28,967 bases of DNA from Desulfobacterales bacterium (GCA_050053555.1 JASFTL010000001.1:1-28967); one strand, 5' to 3'; positions 1-11,603 are shown, numbered from the stretch's first letter. Program-made: numbers and translations. The notes: a model not told the origin generated them from the sequence alone.

Positions 1-1602
<1,602 letters not shown>

Positions 1603-1623
1603 GGCGTGCCAATCCAGGAAATA

Positions 1624-1684
1624 AAAACGCCGCCATTGTTTCGAAAGTTGCTTTTGACAGCGCTCTTTGCAATGACGGCGTTTT
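1624..1684. terminator. Inverted repeat between convergent genes, possible bidirectional terminator
   Basis: aaaacgccgccattg (1624-1638) and caatgacggcgtttt (1670-1684) pair at 14/15 positions; 31-nt loop; A/T runs at the stem base. Confidence 0.55.
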
Positions 1685-1715
1685 GCTTTGATGAAAATTG
1701 TTAAAATTTAAGTGT

Positions 1716-4700
1716 CTAATTATCTTTTATCAGCAGCTTGATCTCATCCGAATTGGCCCTGAGCTCCGGCGCATACATGGCGTAAGCCCTGGCAGGCAGG
1801 GCGCTGAATTTGCCGGGAATCTCCGCCCGCAAACGGTAGCTGACCGAGTGTCTGCCGCGTGCCAGCCGCTGTACAAAGAAAGCCACCTTTTGATCGCGAA
1901 ATTCCACATAGGCGCCCATCTCATTGCCGGTATAGCCACTGCGCACTTCCACGGGTTCAAAACCGGCGGCCTTCATGTCTTCAAAGACCAGGTATTCATA
2001 GTCGTTTTTACTGTCAATTACCAGTTCGACTTCAACCCGGTCGCCGCTTTCTAACGCCGCCAAATTTTTTAGCGGCTCGCGCTCGTATTTTTCAACCCGG
2101 CGGTCAACCACCTGCCCGCGGGAACCCGCATCTTTGATCTTTTTGTCGACTTCGATTAACTTAAAAACCCGGCGCTGCACTTTGATCTCCAGACCCGCTT
2201 GGGTGATATAGTCTTCCAGGCTAAAATAATCCAGGTAGGCATTAAAATAGACTGGACCCCTGCCGGATTTTTTAAGCGTGATCGTGTGGTTGCCGGTCGG
2301 AATTTGCTTGCCTTCGAGAACGAATTTGTTGTTGAAGGTAAACAGGTTTTCGGCGTTGATCCGGACCGTTTTCATCTTTTTTTTGTTAAAAAAGATATCC
2401 AGGGTTAGATCCGGTGCGGCTTCACCGCTGGCAGTCAGATAGTCGGCAAATGCTTCCACGATCACAGCCGTATCGCGGGTGCTGTTCCAGTAGGTGGCGT
2501 GCTTGCGGTTGTTGAGCAGATACTTGACCAGTCCGGAGGCTTTTTTATCTGCCGGCGCGATTCGCGATAACAGTTTCAGATAATAGGCGTGGGCTTCGTA
2601 TTCCGAGCCGTACCAGTACCACCAGTAACTGCTGTTGGGAAGATTCAGATAGGCGGTCTGGTTTTCATCATCCAATACCAGAAACTGTTCGATGTTTTTG
2701 ATAATCATGGCAAGCTTCTGGCTGTCTTCGACTTTGACAAGGGCCATGCCGAACATCGCCTTGGCATAGACCGCCAGCGAATTGCGATCGCGGTACAGAT
2801 AATGGCGCATTTTCTTGTTTTCAAAAGCGTCATCCGTCAGCACCATATAGACAAAGGCATCCAGATTGTCGGCGTGGGATTTTCCTTTTTTCTTCGTGCG
2901 GTCCCACAGAAGCAGGCGGTCAATTTCTCTGGCCTGATAATCCTTGAGCCATTGCACGCCGCTTTCAATCACATTAGCGGGGATGGTTACCCCGTTTTCG
3001 CGGGCAATCTGCAATCCATGAACCACCAGGGCGGTGGTGTGGGGATAGGAACGTTCACCGTAGCCGCTAAACCAGCCCCAGCCGCCGTCGGATAGTTGCA
3101 TGGCCGCCAGACGTTTAACACCGGCGGATACCATGGCGGCCACCTCATCTTCATCAAATACCGGGTTATGGTCATAACGGCGCCATTGCGAAACGCGCTG
3201 CTGATCATCACCGATTTCCTGAGCATTCAGATTGGTGCGTTTGTTACGGATAACTTCCAGATCAACTCCCATGCGTCTTAATGTCTGCTGAGTGATGACC
3301 GTGGGTAAAAAGCGGTTCAAGGTCTGCTCGGTGCAGCCATAAGGATAGCTGACCAGATACGGCAGGGCATCTACCATGGCGCCGGCCAGGGTCGGTGAAT
3401 ATCGCAGTTCCAGACGGGATTGCGCTACGCGGCGGGCCGCCGGGACTTTATATTTGATCTGGGCCTGGTTCTGATTGGCTCGAATGACGCCGGTTTTGGG
3501 AATCTGCTTGACCATACCGTGCACGAAAACCGGAAAGCGCATTTGCGTGGCATCGGATTCTTCATCGGTTAAGGCTTTCATGCGTACCACTGCCTCACCT
3601 TCTTTTAATACTTTTACACGCCAGTCCACGCGCTTTTCGCCGTTGGCGGCGATTAAAACCGACTGGGTTTGTTCTTGGCCTTTGAGCAGCGCCAGACAGT
3701 CGCCGTCGAGTTCCAGCAAAACCGTGGCGATTTTTCGGTTTTTCAGATAATTATGGACGTTGGCGGACAGCACGACTTCATCGGTTTCCACAAAAAAGCG
3801 CGGCGCCTGTAGACGCACAATGAGATCTTTGCGTGTGACCACTTCGGTACTGCCTTCGCCGACCTTCGTTCCATGGCCCATCGCCCAGATTTTCACTTTC
3901 CAGCCGGTCAGGTTTTCGGGCATGTTAAACTCCACAGCGGCCCTTCCATTCCGGTCCGTGGTGACGTTTGACGACCAGAAGGCCGTATCGGCAAATTGAG
4001 TGCGCACGCTGGGCCGGACCAGATCTTCGGGCTTGCCGGCCTGACTTTCCCGGTCGGCGGCCTCTTTTTTGAGCTGAAATGCTAAACCGGATTCATCGGC
4101 CTCGGCCGGTGCAGGGGCCCTGGCAGCCCCGGCTTCGGTCACAACCTGCGACCTGGCCTTTGCCTCTTCTACCATCTGCCCCTTGCCGGGGGAGTCGATC
4201 ATCACCAGATGCCCGAAGACCCCGATATTTTTCATCGGGGTTTCATTTTTTTTCAACTGGTTGTAAAACCAGCGTGCCAGACTGGACTGCTGGTTGAGAC
4301 GATGGTGCCGCCGCCATTTCCAGAAAAAACTGCGGATCTCCGGCACATTTGATCCGCCGGAAATATATTCCACTGAACGGTCATAGACACTGATTACGGT
4401 TGATCCCTGAAAGGGCTCTCCGTAAAAGTCTGACAGCTGCAGGCTGAGTTTGGCTGTTTGACCGGGGCGATATTCTGTTTCAGAAGGAGTGACCTTGACG
4501 TTGAGTACCCGCTTTTCAGGTGGCACCACAACTTCTCGGATTTCGGTGTGCACCTTGCCGCCATAAACCGTGACGGCTTCTATAAAAAAGTTGGGCATGT
4601 CCTTTTTTGAAATTTTTATTTCTTCAAGGGCGCTTTTTCCGGCCATGAGGATGACTTTCGGCGGCAGGTAAACCCCGTTGACCGGGCGCACGAAAAGCAT

Positions 4701-7700
4701 CACCGCAGCGCCCTTGCGGTCGGTATTGATCTGCAGGCGTACCGTATCGCCCGGAGCATATTCGGCCTTATCAGTGATTAGCTCAATCTTGGCAAAGCGG
4801 TATGCAGCGCTGTCATCGCCCTCACCGCGAACGGTAAATACATAGCCGCCTTCAATTGAATGGTCGCTGGCATCGGTAACCGTGTAAGAGAGTCGGTATT
4901 GCCCGGGCCGGGAGGCCTGGATCTGCATAGTGGCGCTGCCCTCGGCATCGGTATTTAAGCGCCAGTCGGCGACCTGCGTTTCCTGAGGCTTGTTATCTTT
5001 ATAGGTGACACGTAGCAATTTGAGCCGGCCCCTGCCGATCACCGGTTTTTGATCCAGGGTCTGGGCTTTAAAGCTGGCGTTGATGGTATCGCCGACCCGG
5101 TAATGGCCTCGATCCAGCCAAGCATACACTTTAAACGGCCTACGGGCCACCAGCACCTTTCCCTGACCGGCGATGGTGCGCCGGGACTGATCGCGGACTT
5201 CGGCCTTGATGGTATAGCGGTGATCGCTGTCGCCATAGATCAGTTTGGCCAGCTGAGTATCGATGGAGATATTGACCGTCCCGTCTTTGCCGATTTTGAC
5301 TTCACCATCGGCCACAATTTCAGGTTGCCGGCGCGGCCAGTGTGGCCGCCAGGACCAGATGGGCCGCAGGCAGCCCCAGGTCTCCCAGCCCGGATACCAG
5401 GGATAATCATAGGCATACCACCAGTAACCGGGACCGTAGAACCAGTCCCAGTAAAACGAGGGATACCAGCGGCTGTCGTGCTCGTTGCGCAGCACTTTGT
5501 ATTTTACGGTGGCTTCAGTGACCGGGGAGCCGAAGTAATAGGCGGCTTTAATCTTAGCCGCGATTTTTTCACCGAGCATAACCGGTTCAGTCGGGGCTTC
5601 CACAGTGACTTCAAATTCGGGTTTCTTATATTCTTCCACCCGAAACGTCTGGCCGCCGTATACACTGCTGCGGCCATGGGAGATGCGGTAAAGACCGAGG
5701 GCGGCATCTGCGACCAGTTTAATTTCTCCTTCGATACCGCCATAAGCATCGGCCGTCAGTGTCTGGGAATAAATCGGTTCATTTTTGGGATTGTGGATGC
5801 GTACGGTAAAACGCCGGCCGGCGAAGCTGGAGGTATCCTCCCGGTCATATTTGGCATGGCGCACCCAGGCCTTAAACTTGACGGTCTGGCCCGGGCGATA
5901 GACCGGGCGATCGGTCATCATCAGGGTTTTGGTCTGGTTATATTCGGTATCGCCGTAACGGGGATACCAGACATTGGTAAAACCCAGATATGCCAGACGG
6001 CCTTCATGATTTGTTACGGTGGCCAGCCAGGACATCTGATTAGACATCTCGGTTGGCTCGATCATCACCAAACCGTCGGTGTTGGTTTGCTTTTTTAAGT
6101 GCTTGTGAAGCACGCGATAGCGCTGGGTTCCCTTAATACGTTTGGTGCGGTAGCCGAAAAAATCAATGTCCACATCGGCAAGGGCGTTGCCGGTGACCGC
6201 ATCGGCCACATAGTAGAGCGTTTGCTGTTTAAGCGGTTTTTTAACGATCACCGTGTCGGCCACCCAAATGACAATGCGGGCAGTGTTGCCCAGCGGCATC
6301 CTGGCCACTACCAGGTAGGCCCCGGCGGTTTTGAGGTCATCCGGGAATTTGACGGTTATATGCCGGTCCCAGTGGCGTTTGTCGGGATTGAGCGCCAGCT
6401 GCCAGGACGCAACCTGCCTGCCGACATAGCGGGTTTGATTCTCATGCACGATGCGCCAGCCAATATTGTTCAGATTTACTTTGTGCCGGTCTATCCGCCG
6501 AGGATGTGAGCGGATATAGGCTTTAACATCTTCAAGCAGTCGGTCGACCCGGATGCGATAAGCGGCCAATTGCACCTGGCGGCCGTTGCGGAATCGATAT
6601 TCTACGCTGGGGATTTTGCCTGAAGGCTGAACACCGGCGGGTTCAAATACGCCCCAGTTTTTGGTGATCTGATCGATACGTTGCTGGGCGGCGGACCGAT
6701 TGTGGCGTTTATAAATTTTCCAGTAGTTGAGGGCACGATCATATTGTCTGCGGTTTTCAAAAATTTGGGCCAGCGTCTGGGCCGCTTTGCCGGCATATCC
6801 ACCTTTGGGGTCTTCAAGCATGGATTTGAACATCAGAATATAGTTATACTCCGAGGGCAGATCAAAGCGCCGCACGCCCACCGCCAGTTTGGCGATGGTT
6901 TCTTGATCGGTTAAGGTATGCACTTCATAGGGGCTGGTTTGATCTTTTGCTTCATCTTCCCCATCCAGCAGACGCCCGCGGCCGTAAAGAACACCATAAT
7001 TGACCAGAGTCTGAACGCCGAATTGTTGATGCAGAAAGGCGGCCCAGGTATAATCCACCTTATTTTTCAGCGACGGATTGAGCCGTACGGCTCTTGCCAG
7101 CAGCCAGCGCCAGCGCTCACCGTCTGATGTAGCGCGTTCAAAGTGTTGCGGAAGTCGATGGAAAACCGGCTGGCCCTCCGCATCTACCGGAGCTCCCCGG
7201 GTGCGGCGGTCAGATTCATAGCCGTATCCTGGCGCGTAGTCCGGAAGCCGGGTGAGATCAGTCAGATACTGCAGACGCCAGGCCTGATTGGCACCGCGGT
7301 GCTGCTGAATGAACCTGGCAAACTGCATATAAAATTGAGCGGTCTCTGTTTTTGCTGGATGCTCTTCTGCCGGCCCCATGGCCTGCTGCATCAGCTGCAG
7401 CGCGCGAACCCGATCACGAGCAATGGCGTTGACATATTTGCCGCCACCGCGGTGATGGCCGCGGTGGAATTCGCCGGCCACCTTAAATCCCCAGTGGGTG
7501 TTCAGGCTGTAGCTGCGGGCCGCATCCTGTAGCAGGCGCCAGTTGTCGGCATGACGCTCAATGACTTTTTCCCGGAATGCGTCCAATTCATTCAAGCGAT
7601 TTAGTTGGCGCAGGCACTGCCAGGCCTGGATGAAGTCTTTGCCGACCATCTTGGGATCATTTTTCATTTCCAGGCTGAGCGTGCGATATCGCTCAAAAGC

Positions 7701-7850
7701 ATCTTTCCAGTGACCGTTGGTGTAGGCCATCTGAGCCTTGCGACGAATTTGCTGATGGGTCGCATCTTGTGCCCCGGCAGATGCGGCCAGCAGTAAAAGT
7801 ATCACGATTAAAACGATAGACGTCTTTGATTTCATTGAATCCATCCTCAT
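1716..7850 (-). CDS. Bacterial alpha-2-macroglobulin family protein (MG2 domain, thioester-containing)
   Basis: MG2 motif TDRPVYRPGQTVKFK, FRVEEYKKPEFEV, bait-like region followed by VRTQFADTAFW, thioester motif YPYGCTEQ, QLSDGGWGWF, C-terminal receptor-binding-like domain ending AYAMYAPE. Sec-type signal peptide (AGA|QD). The true start may be a few codons downstream. Confidence 0.95.
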   Translation of the reverse strand: MRMDSMKSKTSIVLIVILLLLAASAGAQDATHQQIRRKAQMAYTNGHWKDAFERYRTLSLEMKNDPKMVGKDFIQAWQCLRQLNRLNELDAFREKVIERHADNWRLLQDAARSYSLNTHWGFKVAGEFHRGHHRGGGKYVNAIARDRVRALQLMQQAMGPAEEHPAKTETAQFYMQFARFIQQHRGANQAWRLQYLTDLTRLPDYAPGYGYESDRRTRGAPVDAEGQPVFHRLPQHFERATSDGERWRWLLARAVRLNPSLKNKVDYTWAAFLHQQFGVQTLVNYGVLYGRGRLLDGEDEAKDQTSPYEVHTLTDQETIAKLAVGVRRFDLPSEYNYILMFKSMLEDPKGGYAGKAAQTLAQIFENRRQYDRALNYWKIYKRHNRSAAQQRIDQITKNWGVFEPAGVQPSGKIPSVEYRFRNGRQVQLAAYRIRVDRLLEDVKAYIRSHPRRIDRHKVNLNNIGWRIVHENQTRYVGRQVASWQLALNPDKRHWDRHITVKFPDDLKTAGAYLVVARMPLGNTARIVIWVADTVIVKKPLKQQTLYYVADAVTGNALADVDIDFFGYRTKRIKGTQRYRVLHKHLKKQTNTDGLVMIEPTEMSNQMSWLATVTNHEGRLAYLGFTNVWYPRYGDTEYNQTKTLMMTDRPVYRPGQTVKFKAWVRHAKYDREDTSSFAGRRFTVRIHNPKNEPIYSQTLTADAYGGIEGEIKLVADAALGLYRISHGRSSVYGGQTFRVEEYKKPEFEVTVEAPTEPVMLGEKIAAKIKAAYYFGSPVTEATVKYKVLRNEHDSRWYPSFYWDWFYGPGYWWYAYDYPWYPGWETWGCLRPIWSWRPHWPRRQPEIVADGEVKIGKDGTVNISIDTQLAKLIYGDSDHRYTIKAEVRDQSRRTIAGQGKVLVARRPFKVYAWLDRGHYRVGDTINASFKAQTLDQKPVIGRGRLKLLRVTYKDNKPQETQVADWRLNTDAEGSATMQIQASRPGQYRLSYTVTDASDHSIEGGYVFTVRGEGDDSAAYRFAKIELITDKAEYAPGDTVRLQINTDRKGAAVMLFVRPVNGVYLPPKVILMAGKSALEEIKISKKDMPNFFIEAVTVYGGKVHTEIREVVVPPEKRVLNVKVTPSETEYRPGQTAKLSLQLSDFYGEPFQGSTVISVYDRSVEYISGGSNVPEIRSFFWKWRRHHRLNQQSSLARWFYNQLKKNETPMKNIGVFGHLVMIDSPGKGQMVEEAKARSQVVTEAGAARAPAPAEADESGLAFQLKKEAADRESQAGKPEDLVRPSVRTQFADTAFWSSNVTTDRNGRAAVEFNMPENLTGWKVKIWAMGHGTKVGEGSTEVVTRKDLIVRLQAPRFFVETDEVVLSANVHNYLKNRKIATVLLELDGDCLALLKGQEQTQSVLIAANGEKRVDWRVKVLKEGEAVVRMKALTDEESDATQMRFPVFVHGMVKQIPKTGVIRANQNQAQIKYKVPAARRVAQSRLELRYSPTLAGAMVDALPYLVSYPYGCTEQTLNRFLPTVITQQTLRRMGVDLEVIRNKRTNLNAQEIGDDQQRVSQWRRYDHNPVFDEDEVAAMVSAGVKRLAAMQLSDGGWGWFSGYGERSYPHTTALVVHGLQIARENGVTIPANVIESGVQWLKDYQAREIDRLLLWDRTKKKGKSHADNLDAFVYMVLTDDAFENKKMRHYLYRDRNSLAVYAKAMFGMALVKVEDSQKLAMIIKNIEQFLVLDDENQTAYLNLPNSSYWWYWYGSEYEAHAYYLKLLSRIAPADKKASGLVKYLLNNRKHATYWNSTRDTAVIVEAFADYLTASGEAAPDLTLDIFFNKKKMKTVRINAENLFTFNNKFVLEGKQIPTGNHTITLKKSGRGPVYFNAYLDYFSLEDYITQAGLEIKVQRRVFKLIEVDKKIKDAGSRGQVVDRRVEKYEREPLKNLAALESGDRVEVELVIDSKNDYEYLVFEDMKAAGFEPVEVRSGYTGNEMGAYVEFRDQKVAFFVQRLARGRHSVSYRLRAEIPGKFSALPARAYAMYAPELRANSDEIKLLIKDN

Positions 7851-7905
7851 CGCTAGTTATGATCGTATTACGGGTATTAATTCGGTGAACGAACGCTATA
7901 CTAAA

Positions 7906-7934
7906 ATTTTATAAGTACAAGCGACGAGAGTCAA
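7906..7934 (-). promoter_or_regulatory. Sigma70-type promoter of the alpha-2-macroglobulin gene
   Basis: Minus strand TTGACT-17 nt-TAAAAT, about 55 nt upstream of the start. Confidence 0.7.
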
Positions 7935-8057
7935 TGCATGCAGAGCACCTTTTACATAACTTTTACCGAAACTGAGCGTTTCAAAATTAAAAATGGCTTA
8001 CGGCGGCAGGCAACTGACCGTATCGCGAGAACAGGCAATCCGCCGGGGAGGGTGGTT

Positions 8058-8105
8058 AAAAAAAAGGCAGAACCATTACGCCGCACGAGGGATCATGGCT
8101 CTGCC
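8058..8105 (-). terminator. Intrinsic terminator downstream of the YegP gene
   Basis: Minus strand GGCAGAGCCAT...ATGGTTCTGCC 11-bp stem (one G-U) followed by T8. Confidence 0.75.
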
Positions 8106-8142
8106 GAAGATTAAAGGTATAGGTTAGGGTGGACCGAGCAGG

Positions 8143-8322
8143 CTAAGACTGATCATCTACCTCAGCCACGGATGCGTTACTCTTGATGGATTCAATTGCA
8201 CTCAGCGCCGATTGTTTTTGTTTGTATCCCTGACCCTGAAACATGGTTTCCCCATTGGGAGCTTTAAAACGGAACCTGTACTCTTCTGATTTGTCTTTGT
8301 ATACTTCAAATTTGTATGCCAT
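8143..8322 (-). CDS. YegP family (DUF1508) protein, single domain, 59 aa
   Basis: KFEVYKDKSEEYRFRFKAPNGETMFQGQGYKQKQSALSAIESIK matches the DUF1508 pattern; ATG at 8322 preceded by AAGGGGGGA. Confidence 0.88.
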   Translation of the reverse strand: MAYKFEVYKDKSEEYRFRFKAPNGETMFQGQGYKQKQSALSAIESIKSNASVAEVDDQS

Positions 8323-8655
8323 TTTTATTCCCCCCTTTATCTTTATGAGGTCAGACGTGAAATCCCGCAATTAGCGGGGCCGATCTCCTTTTCCCCATCA
8401 TGATGGATTGATTTACTTCCGACTTTTGAAACAATTTACATTAGATTGTTGTTATCACTATTTTGGAAAAATCAAGATTTTACATTTAATTATTATTAAA
8501 ACCTTTTCAAATGATAAATAAATAAGATATTCTACCACTGCTCTTCTTTTGTTGTCTTATCAATTGTTCGTTCGGCCTTCCGGAGAAGAGCAAGCGGGTG
8601 GATTTTTTTTCTCCGCTGACATCATTAGAAAATTCGCAGCTTAGGAGGTTGAAAA

Positions 8656-9474
8656 ATGTCTTTAATAACGGTTACGACCAGTATGGGATGCGGCGCCCTG
8701 ACGGTTGCCAAAAAGGTCGCCGAGCGTCTCAAGCTTGAGCTTTATGATGACGACCGGCTCCAGCAGGAAGCCGTCAGCATGGGATACGCCTCTGAAGATC
8801 TGAAGGCGTTTGATGAAAAAGCGCCCGGATTATTCGATCGGCTCTTGAGGCGCAGGCCTGAAATGTATGATGAGCTGATGGCGGGTGTTATTTATGAGGT
8901 CGCTCGTCGTGCGGAAGGGATTATCATCGGACATGGATCGTTTTATTTCTTAAAGGATTTTACCTGTGCACTGCATTTGCGTTTGCATGCTTCTAACCCT
9001 TTTCGCATCCAGAGACTGGTTGATACACGGAAGGTCAACGCGGAAAACGCTCTAAAAATGATCGAAAATAGCGATGCGGAGCGGAAAGGCTTTCTGGATT
9101 TCCTGTTTCAAATCGATTGGAATGATCTGTCACTATACGATTTGGTGATCAATGTGGACAAACTTGGCATCGATGCGGCGGTTGATATGATTGTTCATCT
9201 GGCAGAAACCGAATACATTCAGGAATGCACTTTAAGCGCTCTGGATTCCATGGAAATGCTGTCACTGTTGAAACGGGTGGAGGCGGCTGTTTTGAAAGAC
9301 AATATCAATCCGCAGGAGTTGCGCATCGAAGTCTCCGAACCCGGTGTCGTGAAACTCACCGGACTGATAAATCCGATGCGTACCGTCGCTGGCGTGACTG
9401 AACTGATAAATTCAGTTCCGGGAGTCAAAAAGATTATTTGCGAAGCCGAAAGGCATCCCATGGCCAAGATGTGA
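8656..9474 (+). CDS. Cytidylate kinase-like family protein with C-terminal BON domain
   Basis: N-terminal ITVTTSMGCGALTVAKKVAERL, GIIIGHGS, D..R..F motif, WNDLSLYDLVINVD; C-terminal IEVSEPGVVKLTG...VPGVKKI BON-like; AGGAGG RBS. Confidence 0.85.
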   Translation: MSLITVTTSMGCGALTVAKKVAERLKLELYDDDRLQQEAVSMGYASEDLKAFDEKAPGLFDRLLRRRPEMYDELMAGVIYEVARRAEGIIIGHGSFYFLKDFTCALHLRLHASNPFRIQRLVDTRKVNAENALKMIENSDAERKGFLDFLFQIDWNDLSLYDLVINVDKLGIDAAVDMIVHLAETEYIQECTLSALDSMEMLSLLKRVEAAVLKDNINPQELRIEVSEPGVVKLTGLINPMRTVAGVTELINSVPGVKKIICEAERHPMAKM

Positions 9475-9478
9475 TTTT

Positions 9479-9970
9479 TTAGAGGAGTTGTTTGAGAGTG
9501 GACCACCATTCGCGGATTGTATCTTCGATCATCGGCCACAGCTGCCAGGCGAGAAAGCCTATTGACAGAAGTAATAAAATGGTAACCAGTGTCATCACCA
9601 GCCGCCGGGTGCCGTTTTTTCGGGGCTCGGGCTGAACAGCAGCTGATTCTTCTTCCGGCAGCGGGGGGGATTCGAAGGTAAAACGCGCTGGGCGTTCAAT
9701 CGTGGTTATCTCCTCAGCAGCTGGTTTTACGGGTGCATGCGGCACAAAAGCGGCCGTTGCGCCCAGTTTTTGCAGCGCTTCCAGGACGATCAGTGCTTTT
9801 TCAACAGAGATATCATTGCTGAGCGCATAAGGCGTGTTACGGACTTTCGTTGTTAGTTGTTCAGGAGAAGTGCTTTTTGCAAATTTTGAAAGCAGCATGA
9901 CGACTCTTCGTTCGACTTCTCCGGTCGGTACCTCCTGCAGAACCAGTTTTCCCCTTTGTGCGTTGCTCAT
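9479..9970 (-). CDS. Hypothetical membrane protein with L7/L12 C-terminal-like N-domain, Pro/Glu linker and C-terminal TM helix
   Basis: TPYALSNDISVEKALIVLEALQKLGATAAF resembles the L7/L12-CTD/ClpS-like fold end; hydrophobic LVMTLVTILLLLSIGFLAWQLW; AAAGG RBS and own promoter. Confidence 0.75.
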   Translation of the reverse strand: MSNAQRGKLVLQEVPTGEVERRVVMLLSKFAKSTSPEQLTTKVRNTPYALSNDISVEKALIVLEALQKLGATAAFVPHAPVKPAAEEITTIERPARFTFESPPLPEEESAAVQPEPRKNGTRRLVMTLVTILLLLSIGFLAWQLWPMIEDTIREWWSTLKQLL

Positions 9971-10020
9971 TGCAGCGGGCCTTTCTGATGAGAATATGCA
10001 ATTGATGTGCTCGCTTTTAT

Positions 10021-10050
10021 ATTCTATCTTTTTTTCTCTAAAAATGTCAA
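10021..10050 (-). promoter_or_regulatory. Sigma70-type promoter for the 9479-9970 gene
   Basis: Minus strand TTGACA-18 nt-TAGAAT, directly after the upstream operon's terminator. Confidence 0.75.
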
Positions 10051-10064
10051 ATGCTTACAAGAAT

Positions 10065-10096
10065 AAAAGGCGGTTGATATTCATCAACCGCCTTTT
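10065..10096 (-). terminator. Intrinsic terminator of the DUF1800-like/DUF1501 operon
   Basis: Perfect 14-bp stem aaaaggcggttgat / atcaaccgcctttt with a 4-nt loop. Confidence 0.85.
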
Positions 10097-10205
10097 GCGC
10101 TATCAAAACCCACGGATTGTTATCCGGAATGGTTAAAGACCGCTTTGAAAAATGGCATCGGTGATGTACGTTTTCAGATGATTTGTCGGCTGCGTGGCGT
10201 CATCC

Positions 10206-11603
10206 TTAAGCTTGAACCAGTTCATTGGCGACATTGTTGGATTCGTCAATGGCCGGCTCTCCGGTAAGTAGTTCCGGGTTTTGCACCCCAAAATACTTGT
10301 AGAACGACGAAGCAATTGCAAACGGTTCGCACTGGTAGCTGTCGGAGGTCGGCGAGGTAAACTGTCGATTTTGAAAAGGTGTTCCGATGCGCTGGGTTTT
10401 TCCGACCAGCTTTCCCAGGGCGCGGCCGGCAATGTCCGCACCACCGATCGTATACAGATTCTGGTTGTTGCCGTGATCCCAGCCATTGGAGTCATTTACG
10501 TTCACATTTCTGCCAAAGTCGCCAAACACATTGATGACAATGTTATTGGCATCCATCAACGCCAGATGCCGGGAGGCTGCCTGCAGGGCTTCCATCAGGC
10601 GCTGGAACCGGTTCGGATAGCGGCTCAGGGAATCGGAATGGTCATCCCAGCCACCCAGACCGCCGCTGCCCAGACTGATAAAAACCGTTTCCGGATTTTT
10701 GATCGCCAGACTGACCGCGGCCAGAAGCCGGGTTCCGAAATTTCCGGGTGGGTACTGGATTCTTTGCCCGGTATCGGGATCTACGGGCAGATCCTCGATG
10801 ATTTTTTCACTGTTAAAACTGCTGTCAATAAAATCTGCCAGCTCAGCGCGTTTGATAAAAGCATCGTTGACCTTCTCAAATTGGGGAAATAAATTTGATC
10901 TGGCCTGGGCCAGCTCCTCCAATTTTTGATCATTGGTATTGTCATTATTGATGTCCAGAAAATTGTTTTCAGCGCGTGAATAGGGATTGTTAAAATTGGC
11001 GTCCAGGGCCAGGGGACGAAGGGCCAGCGGTATATCCAGATCGCCGCGGCTAAAAATCCTGGAATCTCCTTCAAAGGTGACAAACGGCAGCAGCAGCTCA
11101 TCAACTGCTTTGCCAAAAGGATTAAATTTATCCAGGATCGCCGCCAGGGTGGTGGCGATTCCCGCGTTGGCCAGATTCAGATTGCCCACAAGGTTCTGTG
11201 AAATGCTGCGGCCATGGGCTTTGGAGTCATCTTTGATACGGTTAATGGTGCGATAAAGTGACATTTCGCCGTTGGCCAGAAGCGCTTCCATGATATCGCC
11301 GCCGGCGCTGCCCCAGAAATTGTTGCGTGTAATATCGTTATTGGCGTTGTTTGGATCCAGGCTGGCCGGATAGGGATTCTGGGAGTTGGCGTCGATTTCA
11401 GCGATATTGGTCAAATTTCCGGCCAGCTCCGAGGGCCCGCCGTATAGAAAAACATGGATGATTTGGGGAATCATCGCCGGGGCCACATAATTGAGGTTAT
11501 CCGGTAGTGCGGCGAATGCATTTTGTTTCCAGATGAAAGGAGGCAGGGCCAACGAGAGACTGCACATTCCGGCTGCTTTTAGAAATCGTCTTCGATTCAT
11601 CAT
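10206..11603 (-). CDS. DUF1501 domain-containing protein with Tat signal peptide
   Basis: MMNRRRFLK twin-arginine signal; IIHVFLYGG, GGWDDH, FGDFGRN...NGWDHG motifs resemble DUF1501. Confidence 0.8.
   Translation of the reverse strand: MMNRRRFLKAAGMCSLSLALPPFIWKQNAFAALPDNLNYVAPAMIPQIIHVFLYGGPSELAGNLTNIAEIDANSQNPYPASLDPNNANNDITRNNFWGSAGGDIMEALLANGEMSLYRTINRIKDDSKAHGRSISQNLVGNLNLANAGIATTLAAILDKFNPFGKAVDELLLPFVTFEGDSRIFSRGDLDIPLALRPLALDANFNNPYSRAENNFLDINNDNTNDQKLEELAQARSNLFPQFEKVNDAFIKRAELADFIDSSFNSEKIIEDLPVDPDTGQRIQYPPGNFGTRLLAAVSLAIKNPETVFISLGSGGLGGWDDHSDSLSRYPNRFQRLMEALQAASRHLALMDANNIVINVFGDFGRNVNVNDSNGWDHGNNQNLYTIGGADIAGRALGKLVGKTQRIGTPFQNRQFTSPTSDSYQCEPFAIASSFYKYFGVQNPELLTGEPAIDESNNVANELVQA

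Noticed and set aside
1698-7796. Plus-strand ORFs opposite the A2M gene (including 349 aa at 5049-6098)
   Set aside because: Antisense shadows of a long coding frame; no motifs or RBS.
8001-8045. GC-rich segment with cggcgg/ccgccg ends and caggcaa twice
   Set aside because: Only a 6-bp closing stem; matches no riboswitch or sRNA that I recognise.
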